Positions 9,634 to 19,722 of a stretch of 43,785 nt of DNA are shown piece after piece. A model generated the notes under the pieces. It ran no database searches. It was not told the origin of the DNA and saw only the letters and a program-made list of their open reading frames with translations. A program made the position numbers and the translations under genes. The first letter of the stretch is position 1; the number at the start of each line of letters is the position of its first letter. Source of the DNA: Chrysochromulina tobinii (Eukaryota); the NCBI GenBank assembly GCA_001275005.1, contig JWZX01002696.1:1-43785 (forward strand), read 5' to 3'.

Positions 9634-11526
9634 TCAGGTACGACTGGCCCATGGGTGGCGGCGGCCTGGGCCGCCGCCACCGCCGCTGTTGCCGCCACTC
9701 GCTCTCTGGTGCGAGTAGCGGTATCCCACGTTGAAGTTGTCCGCGTCACCGTGGCCGGCGACGGCGACGGCGACGGTGACGGGACTGGTGTTGGTGGAAT
9801 TGAAGGTGGGCGCAGTGACGGCGCCCGCGACGGCGCTTTCAGAGCTGAGCGGCGGCGCGTGGCTCATCGCGGCGCCCATCGCGTGGCCCATCGCGGCGCG
9901 CATCACCACCGGCGTCGAGGAGCCCCCGTGCCGTTGCGAGTGGTCGCACTGGTCGAGCCAAACGAAGTAATTGGCGCTCTGCTCGACCATCCATGGATGC
10001 TGCAGCGCCTGCGCCGCAGTCGGCCGCTTGGCTGGATCGTACGCGAGCAGGGACGAGAGAAAGTCGAGGAGCTGTGCGTCCTCGATCTCGAGAATCTCCG
10101 CGAGCGATCGTCGGACAGGGCGCACCTCGTACACACCCTCTGGCCTCCCTGCAGGACTCACCACGTACAGTCCTCCTCCCGGCCCAAAGAACATGCGGCG
10201 CAGGTCGTGGCTCGCAGCCTCAAGCATCTCAGGTGGATGCGGGCCGAGCAAGGCCTGCTGGGCGGCGAGGGTGGCCGCGACCGTCGCGCCGTAAAAGATG
10301 GGCTGGCCGACAAGCAGCTCGCACAGCAGGCAACCAAACGACCACAGGTCGACTTTCGCATCCCAGGGCAGACCGAGCGCGACCTCGGGGGCGCGGTACC
10401 AGCGCGACTGCACGTACGAGTTGGTCGTGTCCGACGTGAGCAGAGACGAGCCGAAGTCGATCAGACGCACCTCGCACCGGGTGACGGAGGAGAAGCACAC
10501 ATTCTCGGGCTTCACGTCGCAGTGACGCAGCCCGAGGCCGTGCAGGAAGTCGAGGCAGTGCAGCAGCTGATGCGCAATCCTGCCTAGGCACGGCACGGTG
10601 AAGTACGAACGAAGCCCCTGAGGCACCGTCAAGTCCAGGAACTTGTAGAACTGGAAGGTCGAGTCGCGCAGGAGCTCGGTGACGACCAAAAGGTGCTCGC
10701 AGTAGTAAAAGTAGTCGAGCAGCCGCAGCCTCGCTTGCCGACCGTGCGGGTCGTGCTTGGCGAGCAGCGCGAGTACCTTGATCTCGCCCAGCCCCGCGTC
10801 AAAGCAATCCTTCTCGTTGCGGATGACCTTGACGCTCACCATCTGTGCAGTCTGCAGGTCGAAGCACTGGAAGACGCGCGAAAAGGAGCCTTTCCCGATC
10901 ACGGCGACGACACGGTACCGTCCGATGATGACCGTGTTCACGTCGATCTGGAGCTCCGCGTCATCCTCGAGCCCGTTGACGTGCGGGTTGTACACGATCG
11001 GCAACGACAGGAAGGCGAGGTCGGCCTTGTGCGCCGACGGCATCTCAGGGCGGTCGTGGAAGAGCACGCGCTGCTGCGGCGTGCCCGTTCCGTGCCGCTT
11101 GCGCAGCGTGCTCTCGTCCTTCTGCGTGCCGTAAAGATGGTACGTGTACAGGCGCAGCCGCTGCCGCACCATGCCAGGGCCACCTTCCTGAGGTGGCGTC
11201 GTCGCTGCGCCACGAGCGGTCGGCTCTGCATCATGAGGAAGTGAGGGCGCGCGGTGTCTGCTTGGCTCTGGCGGCGTGTGGTTGCTGATGGTGGGCACCG
11301 CGGCATTGCGAGGCAGGTCCAGGCGTATGTTGAGCCTCTTCTCGAGCTCGGACGTGTACAGATTTTGCTCCTTCACCTTCCCAGGAGTCTTGGACTCCTT
11401 CTCCAGCAGCAAAGCGAGCTCCGCCCGCAGGGCGCGCTCAGCACCGAAGAACGACTTGCTCTCAAGGAACTCGACCACCATCTGGGCCAGCACCTGCAAA
11501 GATGCGGTTCCGGCCATTGCTTCCAT
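9634..11526 (-). CDS. DYRKP: DYRKP-type dual-specificity protein kinase; low-complexity C-terminus probably extends to 8904 through a +1 frame change
   Basis: LisH-like VVEFLESKSFFGAERALRAEL; NGLEDD..NTVIIGRY; GKGSFS; VSVKVIRN; LRLLDYFYYCEHLLVVTELL; HCDVKPEN; IDFGSS; SYVQSRWYRAPE; overlapping open frame 9863-8904. Confidence 0.85.
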   Translation of the reverse strand: MEAMAGTASLQVLAQMVVEFLESKSFFGAERALRAELALLLEKESKTPGKVKEQNLYTSELEKRLNIRLDLPRNAAVPTISNHTPPEPSRHRAPSLPHDAEPTARGAATTPPQEGGPGMVRQRLRLYTYHLYGTQKDESTLRKRHGTGTPQQRVLFHDRPEMPSAHKADLAFLSLPIVYNPHVNGLEDDAELQIDVNTVIIGRYRVVAVIGKGSFSRVFQCFDLQTAQMVSVKVIRNEKDCFDAGLGEIKVLALLAKHDPHGRQARLRLLDYFYYCEHLLVVTELLRDSTFQFYKFLDLTVPQGLRSYFTVPCLGRIAHQLLHCLDFLHGLGLRHCDVKPENVCFSSVTRCEVRLIDFGSSLLTSDTTNSYVQSRWYRAPEVALGLPWDAKVDLWSFGCLLCELLVGQPIFYGATVAATLAAQQALLGPHPPEMLEAASHDLRRMFFGPGGGLYVVSPAGRPEGVYEVRPVRRSLAEILEIEDAQLLDFLSSLLAYDPAKRPTAAQALQHPWMVEQSANYFVWLDQCDHSQRHGGSSTPVVMRAAMGHAMGAAMSHAPPLSSESAVAGAVTAPTFNSTNTSPVTVAVAVAGHGDADNFNVGYRYSHQRASGGNSGGGGGPGRRHPWASRT

Positions 11527-11726
11527 CGCGAGTGCCCGTCAAGGCTTGGGGTTGGTCGGGAGTGCAATGTGCACTATCGAGGCACTTTTGAGGCCTTCGC
11601 CGGGCTTCGGGAAGGTCGTGTGAGCCACATGAAAGGGCTTTTGTGTAATGGTCTTCAATTCCGCAAAAAGTCCCCAGAGACACGGTCACGGACACAAATT
11701 CTCTGGTCTTCCTGATGTTCCACAAC

Positions 11727-14033
11727 TCACAATCCAAACTCGCCTCGCCGGTTGGGCGCGACCTCGAGCTCAGCACCGAGCTGCAAAGGCGTGGAAGTCG
11801 CGCAGTCCACCACCGCGCCGAGGTCAGTGAGGAGGAGCTTGTACACGTCGCGATTGCGCCCGTCGCCACTGCCCAGCACGGTCGCGCGCAGCGGTCGGCC
11901 CACGTTTCGCTTCAGGTACTCGGCCAGCCAGTACGCGTTGGTCGAGCGCTCGAGGCTGCGCACGGGGCTCGAGCTTGCCTCCCGCGCCAGCCGCACGATC
12001 TCGCTTGCGCCGCCGGGCGCGTCGGCGGGGTAGGGGAGCGGTTCAGAGCGTAGGTGCGCCTTGAGCTGATAGTGGACGGCGAGGTCGGCACGCCTTCGGA
12101 TAGGAGAGGTGACCTGCACGTACGCCTCGAGAGCCAGCCCCATGTGCGGCGCGGGCGTGGGCGAGACGAACGACGGCTTCATGCGCCGGATGGCGAGCCA
12201 CGCGCGGCACGGGCCCGCTGGGCAGTCGGCCACCTCATCGTCGCTGAGCTCCTCACGCACGGACTGCGCGCGGTAGGGCATCGGGAGCTCATGCGCCACG
12301 CCGTAGCGCGCCGCCGCCTCGCCCGCAAGCAACATCGCCTCCGACACGATACGCCGCGCCACGCCGTCGGTGCGCGCGCCGCCCACACTCACATCGACCT
12401 CCCACCCGTCGGGCGCGCCCGGAACAGCGCGCGCCTTGACGGTCATATCGGGCAAACCCTCGGGCGCGTGGCGCTCCATGGAGCCACCCGCGATGCGCCA
12501 TTCGAGTCGCCGCTGCGAGAGGTAAGAGAGCCGGCGCAGCGTCTCCAGAGTCGCGTCGTCGGCCTCGGCACTGCCCTGGCCCTCGCCCACCTCGCCCTGA
12601 CTACCAGCCAAGTTGGCAAACGGGTCTGAGGAGGCGTCCAGCAGCTCATCGACCCGTAGGTACGTGAGGCGGCGCACGCACACCAAGCTCGTCGTAATGA
12701 TCGGTGCATGCGCTTCGTCAATCCCACCGTCGGCGCCGAGCCGTACGCCAAAGCTCAGTGCGCACGAGACGACGCCATCACGCAGCGAGAGTGGTCCGGC
12801 GGCTAGGCTCAACGGAAACATGGGTAAGGTGCCGGTGGGCAGGTAGATGGAGGACGTGCGCCGGCGCGCCTCCACCTCGAGCGCACTGCCGCGCGCCACG
12901 TACCGCGTGGGGTCGGCGATGTGGATCCACAGCCGCATCGCGTCGCTGCCGCTGCCGTCCTCGAAGCACTCGATGCTCATTGCGTCGTCCACCTCGACCG
13001 TCGAGGCCTCGTCGATCGCGAGGGCGAGGAGTTTCGTCAAGTCGACACGCCGCGCCGCGTCGACGTCTTCGGGGGGCGCCGCCTCGAGCGCCGCCGCCTC
13101 GGCGAGCAGAGATTCGTCAAATCTCGTCGGAACCTCGAGCCGCTTGAGCTCGAGGTTCTCGTGCAAATCCCACAGCCCGAGGGCCACAAGTAGCTGGCGG
13201 CCCGCCTCAGCGGTGGCTTTGCGCCCGAGCCGCTGCAGCAGCTCCCGCGCCGCCTCGTCCGACGGACGTGACTCCTTGTCGGTCTCGTCCAGCCGAGCCC
13301 GGCAAGCATACGCTTCGAGGGCTCCGAACGCGGCCTGCACCTCCGCACTCTCCTCGCTGAGTGCAAATGGCGGCGCAGCACGCGAGCGGCCGTCAATGGC
13401 CTGCTGTATGCGCTCGCGAAACGTCTGCTCAGCATCCGCCGCCGCCGCCGCCGCCCTGGCCTGCGCCCGGAGCGCCTCTGCCTCCACCTTTGGCCGCGCG
13501 ACGAACTCCGTGCCGTCTTTGTTGCTGCGGAAGTAGGCCTTGCCAAGCTCGGTGCCGAGCAGGCGGTACGTGCTGTAGTACGCTTCCGAAACCTGCTTCG
13601 TATCACTGATGAGCAGCTCGCTCAGCTCCGTGAGTGAAATCGGGCTGTCCTCCTCGAGCGCCATCTCCCACACCTCCGCAAGCGCACCGTCAAACGTACC
13701 CTCACAGTGCTGTCGCGCGGCGGCCTCGTGGCTGGTGATGGCTTTGAGGGCGGCCTCGCTGCTGGGCGCAAGACGCGCTGGGAAAATGTGACGAATCGAG
13801 CTCGGTGGAACTGAGACCGTCGCGCCGCTTTCTTTCAGGATTTTCCAGTTCTTTTTGCCATCTGCCTCGGTCACCGCGCCGAGGGCCACCGAGCCGTCCT
13901 TGGTGGCGAACTCGACGAGCAGCCCCGGAGCGAGGCCTTCTGCAGCACAAACTACGTTCGGGCTGCGAAAAACTAGATGCACTGGCCGCGTCGAGTGGAA
14001 GGAGGCGATCGCCAAGGCCATGCAAACCAACAT
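11727..14033 (-). CDS. RNB-family 3'-5' exoribonuclease (RNase II/RNR1-like), likely plastid-targeted
   Basis: Catalytic motif AIDEASTVEVDDAMS; WIHIADP; EARRRTSSIYLPTG..MFP; VSEAMLLAG; PMPYRAQ; HMGLALEAYVQVTSPIRRRADL; leader MLVCMALAIASF from ATG 14033. Confidence 0.9.
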   Translation of the reverse strand: MLVCMALAIASFHSTRPVHLVFRSPNVVCAAEGLAPGLLVEFATKDGSVALGAVTEADGKKNWKILKESGATVSVPPSSIRHIFPARLAPSSEAALKAITSHEAAARQHCEGTFDGALAEVWEMALEEDSPISLTELSELLISDTKQVSEAYYSTYRLLGTELGKAYFRSNKDGTEFVARPKVEAEALRAQARAAAAAADAEQTFRERIQQAIDGRSRAAPPFALSEESAEVQAAFGALEAYACRARLDETDKESRPSDEAARELLQRLGRKATAEAGRQLLVALGLWDLHENLELKRLEVPTRFDESLLAEAAALEAAPPEDVDAARRVDLTKLLALAIDEASTVEVDDAMSIECFEDGSGSDAMRLWIHIADPTRYVARGSALEVEARRRTSSIYLPTGTLPMFPLSLAAGPLSLRDGVVSCALSFGVRLGADGGIDEAHAPIITTSLVCVRRLTYLRVDELLDASSDPFANLAGSQGEVGEGQGSAEADDATLETLRRLSYLSQRRLEWRIAGGSMERHAPEGLPDMTVKARAVPGAPDGWEVDVSVGGARTDGVARRIVSEAMLLAGEAAARYGVAHELPMPYRAQSVREELSDDEVADCPAGPCRAWLAIRRMKPSFVSPTPAPHMGLALEAYVQVTSPIRRRADLAVHYQLKAHLRSEPLPYPADAPGGASEIVRLAREASSSPVRSLERSTNAYWLAEYLKRNVGRPLRATVLGSGDGRNRDVYKLLLTDLGAVVDCATSTPLQLGAELEVAPNRRGEFGL

Positions 14034-14264
14034 GACCAAACAAAGCTGTGGGCGCGGATCTCGATCTCCCCATGCGCTCGCTTTGCGCCTGCAGCGAACA
14101 TGTGAAACGACCTCGCGGCGCGCACCAATCACGTCTTGCAGCGCCAAATGTGCGCTGAAAGCACGCGCCGTGCCGTGCGCTGTGAGGCTGCGAGCGGCGA
14201 CACATCTTCCCCTCGCGTGTGGTGGGTGAGAGGTTGACCTCGCCCGAGAGCAGTGGTCACAGGC

Positions 14265-14994
14265 ATGGTCTCAGGGGACAGGTTGCGTCTTTTTGCTCTC
14301 CGCGCTGCCGCTCGTGTCTCCCTTTCGTGCGCCCCCTCCGTTAGCCCCATCGCTACTGCCTGCGGCGCTCCACGCGGCGAGATCGAGCATCGTCAGGTGC
14401 GCGGCTCCAGAGTTCATCTTTGAGCTCAACGAGGATAGGACGAGCATCAAATTTGGATGCCGGCAGAAGAGTGTGACCATGGTCAAGCCCGAGGCGGGCG
14501 GCTCGTTGCAGGAGTTTATCGGAAGCCGTGCCGATGCAATTGTGATGTCGTCGTGGGAACCTGGGCAGGTGTCGCGCGTGGATGGCACCGACGACGAGTA
14601 TCTGATCAACGTCGAGGAGTTCAACTTTGTCGTTCTAAAATTCTCAGTGGAGCTGCGTGCGCGCTGCACGCTAGATAAGCGCACGACGACTGCGACGCTC
14701 GAATCGCTCGGCTTCCGCCTCATCGGCCCCGGCATGGAGCGTATCGCCGATGTCATCGACATCCGCGTCATCGGCAAGCTGCGACCATCCGCACCGGACG
14801 CGCGCCTCTGTGCGCTCTCCGGTGACATTGAGTTCGTAGCTTCGGGAGAGCTACCGCCGGTGCTCCGATCTGCACCGAAGGCGGCCGTGCGCGCTGCAGC
14901 GAGGGCAATGAGCGAGCTCCTCATCGGGGCGGCGTCCGACCGCTTCTCCAAAAAGGTGCCGAATGCGTATGCGGTGTGGGCCCGCTCGCGCTAA
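14265..14994 (+). CDS. DUF1997 (SRPBCC-like) protein, likely plastid-targeted; +1 frameshift near the start (GGGG 14274-14277)
   Basis: DUF1997-like pattern (SLQEFIG..EYLINVEEFNFVVLKFSVEL..LSGDIEFVASGELPPVLRSAP..RFSKKVPNAYAVW). ATG 14265 is one base out of frame; removing one G gives MVSGTGCVFLLSALPLVSPFRAP... Confidence 0.7.
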
Positions 14995-15087
14995 GATCCG
15001 AAATCGAACCGTGTTATGAAATTGTTGTGCGGAGGAAGTTTTGACCATTCTTCTCGCCTCATCAGTGACACACTCAAAAGTTGCTAG

Positions 15088-15822
15088 TTAACGCGCCAGA
15101 CGAAAGGCCACTGCCGTGGCCACGGCCGCGATCGACACAGCTGCAACGGTCAACGTCATCTTGGTCGCCGTCGAGCTCCAGCAACGGATGCTGAGCACGA
15201 CGCAGTTGTTAAGCAGCATGAATCTCGCCGCCTCCCGCTCCATCGTCTCAAAGTGCTCAGGAAATTCCTTGCCGATCGCAGTAAAAGTGTTCTTAAATTT
15301 CTGCCGTGCTCCCTTCATGTCATCGGCCACGTCAAACAACTTGTGCTCGATGCGTGGAAAGATCGACTTGACCTTGGCCTGTGTCTGCTTGCCACCACCC
15401 ACGACGAGGGCGCCGTATAGAATGAAGGCGGCCGCGCATAACTGGACTGGATCGGCGCTTTGGAGGATTTCAACGTAGTGTGCTGTCGCTGTTGTCTTCT
15501 CTCGTTCTGCAATCGAGCGCCATTCTGCTCCGTAAACCTCACAGAGATCGGATGCATAGCCAGGGGTAACTTCGAGGCCGAGCTCCTTCAACTTGATGAC
15601 CATCGGATGCGCCGCGTGCTGGGCGAGCCCCTTCTCAAGAGCTTCGCTGAGCAAGAAGAACTGAGTGATTGCGCCCGCCCAGCGCTCTTCGTCGAGGAAA
15701 ATTAATGGCAGCTTGATCATCCGCACCCGGTTGCCAAAGGTATGACCTGCATCGATCGACTTCATCATGCTGCCGTAGAGTGGACGGCCGCCGATGTGGC
15801 CGGCCGGCACAGGTTCTTCCAT
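15088..15822 (-). CDS. Heme oxygenase-like protein with a C-terminal membrane anchor (244 aa)
   Basis: Proximal His region SIDAGHTF; QFFLLSEALE; YASDLCEVYGAEW; TAHYVEIL; distal helix ILYGALVVGGG; EAARFMLLNN; hydrophobic tail LTVAAVSIAAVATAVAF. Confidence 0.8.
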   Translation of the reverse strand: MEEPVPAGHIGGRPLYGSMMKSIDAGHTFGNRVRMIKLPLIFLDEERWAGAITQFFLLSEALEKGLAQHAAHPMVIKLKELGLEVTPGYASDLCEVYGAEWRSIAEREKTTATAHYVEILQSADPVQLCAAAFILYGALVVGGGKQTQAKVKSIFPRIEHKLFDVADDMKGARQKFKNTFTAIGKEFPEHFETMEREAARFMLLNNCVVLSIRCWSSTATKMTLTVAAVSIAAVATAVAFRLAR

Positions 15823-16182
15823 GGTCGTTCCCTACAATAGTAAAAGTAACAAAAATATTCACAGGGTCCTCACTTGGTGGAAAACACCCTTAACCCCCTG
15901 TGTTTCGGGCGGCGCGTTGTCTCCGCGTTGTCCCGGTACCGGTGTGATTCTCCGAATGCGAGGGTGAACAGGTGTGAACAGCTTCGAGGGCCTATCTTTG
16001 AACTCTAACTTTCACCGTGAGCGGAAGCCGACGCGACCCGACGAACCGGCATGGCCTAAACTACTTAACTACAAAAGCATGCAAGCTAGGTTAGCACGTG
16101 CAGCTTTAGACAACGCCCTTGACACACACTTTTGGCGAGACACGGTGTAACCGTTTTTTCAGGGCTCGGATTCTTGAACGCG

Positions 16183-18480
16183 ATGCCGACGACGAGCCCG
16201 CGTCTCAATCCTCTGGCTGTGCCCGCCATACCTCCTCTGGCTTTACCCGCCTCCGGAACGGAGCGGCCCTCGAACATGCCGACGCCTCGCGACGAATCGG
16301 GAGACGAATCGGAGCACACTCCGCGAGGGAGCGAGCGCACTCCTCGAGAAAATACGCGCGGTGCATCCTCCACCGACCGCCGCCACTCGCGCAGCCCGGG
16401 CGGCACGCGCACACTAGCCACAGCGGTGCAGCCGGCGAAGCACAGGGTGCGACACCGCAAGCAGCGGCAGGGCCAGACCATCTACAAGGGCCACCCTTCG
16501 TGGAAGATGATGGTCAACGTGAAGCTGGGCATCTCGATCACGGTCGGCAAGGTTTCCTCCGAGGAGCCGCGCGAGCTCCGCTTGACTGACTTTTCAACGA
16601 GCACGCGGACAGACTTTCCTCCGGAAGGCTCGCCGCTCACACCCGGCCACTCCTCTGAGCACTTCACCTTTGACGACCACGCGCCACTTGCCTTCCGGCA
16701 TCTGCGAGAGCACTTTGGCGTCCAGGCCGACGATTATCTCGTCTCCATCTGCGGCGAGAGCTCCCTGCGCGAGCTGGGCACGCCGGGCAAGAGCGGCGCG
16801 GTCTTCTACCTGACCGAGGACGGCAAGTTCCTCATCAAGACGGTCTCGAAGATGGAGTCCAAGTTCCTGCGCCAGATCCTGCCCAACTACTACAACTACG
16901 TGATGCGCTCTGAGAACACGCTCCTCCCGCGCTTCTTCGGCCTGATCCGCATCACGACGGCCTCGCACCGGCGCATCCGGCTGGTCATCTTCAACAACCT
17001 GCTGCCCCAGACCTTCTCGATCCACGAGAAGTACGATCTCAAGGGCTCGACCCTCGGCCGTTACGCGACTAAAGAGGAGCGTGACGACCCAAACGTGACA
17101 CTCAAGGACCTCGACTTCGACAAGCAATTGCTCTTCTCGCATAAGAGCCACGCGATGCTCAAGGGGCAGATCGAATCGGACCTTGCGTGGCTACGCGCCC
17201 TCCAGATTATGGACTACTCCCTTCTGCTGCTGCTCCACTTCCCCGCGCGCGAAAAGGATGGGGACGAGGAGCGTACTGATTCGAGCGCCAAGTCAAGCAG
17301 CTCCGAGTACCAGAGCAACTACGACGAGCAAGGGCGACTTGCGCGCCGCCCAAGCAAAGACGCGACCGAAGAGAGCAAAGCCGCGCTCGGGGGGGCGTCG
17401 GCTGCGGCGGGTGCGCTGCCGCAACCACCTCCGCCGCAGCCTCCTCCGCCCTTACCGGTCGAAGAACTGCCGGCGGCGCCTGCGCTGGCGGGCAGTGGCA
17501 GCGCCGCCGAAGCTGCTCTCGGGTCTGGTGACGACGGCGACGTTGACGACGAGGGCGGCGAGCCGGAGCCGAGCGAGGGCAAGGCTAGGCGTAAGCATCG
17601 GCGCGCCATGAGCGGCGGCGCCGCCGAGGCCGACGTGACAGTCTCTCTGCCGAAGCTCACGGACGAAGACTTTGCCTCTGCTTTCCGCAAGGCGCGCATG
17701 TCGTCGTGGAACGTGCGCAAGGACCTAGCGATCGACGACGGCGTGGCGGCGAGCCTCGCTGATGGGCAGCAGGTGCTCGTCTTCGGCGGTCTCATCGACA
17801 TCCTGCAAGTCTACGGCGCCCGTAAAAGGCTTGAGCACCACTACAAGGCATTCCGTTATCGGTCCGAAAAGGAGGGCATCTCTGTGACCGACCCCGCCAC
17901 GTACGCCACGCGCATGTCAGGCTTCATCTGGACCAAATTCAGCGAGATGCCGCGCGCGGGCGCCGTCGCGGGCACTGACGGCGCGACGCTCGAGCCCCAT
18001 CCCGAGGAGACGTCCGTCGATCTCGAGCTCGAGAGCTCCAGATCTGGGACGGATTGGGGCGGCGCGCCAGCGGGGGGTGCGTCGGGGGTCACTTCGCTCG
18101 GTAGTGCTTCGAGCGCCATTGGGATGACGGGCGTCATCGCCCATAGCGAGCAGCCGCTCATCGCGGGCCAGGTGCAGAAGAAGGGCACACACTTCCCGTA
18201 CACGTGGAGCCTGCGCTACTGCGCCGTTTATGCCTCGTCCAAGACGATGATCTACTTCTCGAGCCAGGCCGAGTTTGAATCGGGCAGCGTCGTGCGCGGC
18301 AAGAAGACGCTCACCGCCGTCAACCGTTCGTCGGCCGATGAGCCAGTCCTCGACATCACCCTCGACACGGGCAAGACGATGCTTATCAGGCTCGCCTCCA
18401 TCACCGAGCGCGACCGCTGGCACGCTGCACTCGCCACGGTGCTCTCGCCGGACAAGCCGGCCGAGGCCGATACCCCGTGA
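16183..18480 (+). CDS. Phosphatidylinositol-4-phosphate 5-kinase with a C-terminal PH domain
   Basis: GQTIYKGHPSWKMMVNVKLGI; HAPLAFRHLREHFG; TPGKSGAVFYLTEDGKFLIKT; TLLPRFFG; YDLKGS; LKDLD; IMDYSLLL; GLIDILQVY..KRLEH..ISVTDPATYATR; PH-like GQVQKKG..WSLRY..ERDRWHAAL. Confidence 0.92.
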   Translation: MPTTSPRLNPLAVPAIPPLALPASGTERPSNMPTPRDESGDESEHTPRGSERTPRENTRGASSTDRRHSRSPGGTRTLATAVQPAKHRVRHRKQRQGQTIYKGHPSWKMMVNVKLGISITVGKVSSEEPRELRLTDFSTSTRTDFPPEGSPLTPGHSSEHFTFDDHAPLAFRHLREHFGVQADDYLVSICGESSLRELGTPGKSGAVFYLTEDGKFLIKTVSKMESKFLRQILPNYYNYVMRSENTLLPRFFGLIRITTASHRRIRLVIFNNLLPQTFSIHEKYDLKGSTLGRYATKEERDDPNVTLKDLDFDKQLLFSHKSHAMLKGQIESDLAWLRALQIMDYSLLLLLHFPAREKDGDEERTDSSAKSSSSEYQSNYDEQGRLARRPSKDATEESKAALGGASAAAGALPQPPPPQPPPPLPVEELPAAPALAGSGSAAEAALGSGDDGDVDDEGGEPEPSEGKARRKHRRAMSGGAAEADVTVSLPKLTDEDFASAFRKARMSSWNVRKDLAIDDGVAASLADGQQVLVFGGLIDILQVYGARKRLEHHYKAFRYRSEKEGISVTDPATYATRMSGFIWTKFSEMPRAGAVAGTDGATLEPHPEETSVDLELESSRSGTDWGGAPAGGASGVTSLGSASSAIGMTGVIAHSEQPLIAGQVQKKGTHFPYTWSLRYCAVYASSKTMIYFSSQAEFESGSVVRGKKTLTAVNRSSADEPVLDITLDTGKTMLIRLASITERDRWHAALATVLSPDKPAEADTP

Positions 18481-18808
18481 CCGGATTAGGTACGCCGTCC
18501 CAGTCGCGGTCCCAGAGCGGCAGACGTGTTCACGTGTGGAAGTGCTCGAGCTCGTGTGAACGTTAACACGACACGGACCGGACGCGAGCGTGTGGAATTC
18601 TATTCTAATGCGCGTAATGGGCTCGACAGCGTGGCGTCGCAGACACTCACTCGTTCCGTAGCCTCTCAGGACCTAATCCGATCTCTACGGTTGGTAAGAG
18701 GCTGTAGAAACCATACAGTACCATGTTTCACTCTCTCGGGGGGAAACGCACTCTATCACTGACGAAACACGAAACAATAAACGCGAAACTTCTTTCTCTC
18801 ACGGACCA

Positions 18809-19666
18809 ATGCCTCAAAAGGCCTCGCCTCAGGGCCGCCGGGGCGCTTCGCCTGCGCGCAAGAAGGGTAGAGGAAGCCATCACAAAGGATATCGACGGGT
18901 AGCCGACGTAGCACCGCTACCGCGCGAACCAAAGCTCCGAATGCCGCAGTTTCCCACCGCGGCGGCTATGCCAGTTCAGCGGCCTGCTGCACGGCTGGAT
19001 GCCTTTGATGCAGACAACACAGAGACGTTCGTCGACGAGCGCTCTCCGGTCGTCGACGAGACAGTCAACGAGTATCTGCGGCGCGAGGGCCTCGGGGGCG
19101 CGGCGCTCTGTGACCTGCGGCGCTTTTTGCAGGAGGTGGAAGCCTCTGTGACCTCGTGCAGTGATGTCGAGCTCGGCGGCCTCGACGACGCGCTGACCTA
19201 CGGTGAAACGTTTATCAGGGTGGGTGGCCGCTCGACCTCGACTTTCGAGGACAAGGCGCGCAAGCTGTCGGAGAAGCACGCGGTGATGCGCAAGGTCTCG
19301 ACCGCCGAGAGCGACGCCGAGGTGCGAGACCGGGCGATGGCAGCCTTTGAGGCTGTGCGACCGGTGCGCAAGATGCCCACAAGCGTGTCGGACATCGAGG
19401 GGTTGCTCGGCTGGCTCGATAGGCACATCGACCCCGAACAGTTGGCGCAGAAGCAGAAGGAGCGCAACTTTCTAGAGTCCCTCGAGAAGCGGAGACGCCC
19501 GGTAGAATCCAGAGTCGAAAAGGGCCTGCTGCGATGGCGAAAGCGCGCGGCGCAGAGGCTCCTGGCGAAAGCGCGCGGCGACGAATGGCAGCAGCAGGAG
19601 CAGCGGGAGCCCACAGCGAGTCGCGCTTCGCGTGCGAGCCGGACGGCAGGGAGGAGTTCCACTCAG

Positions 19667-19722
<56 letters not shown>

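Noticed and set aside
449..10587. Long overlapping ORFs such as 449-1498 (-), 6939-8096 (+) and 9496-10587 (+)
   Set aside because: Arg/Ala-rich shadow frames expected at high GC; no domain motifs, and they overlap well-supported genes
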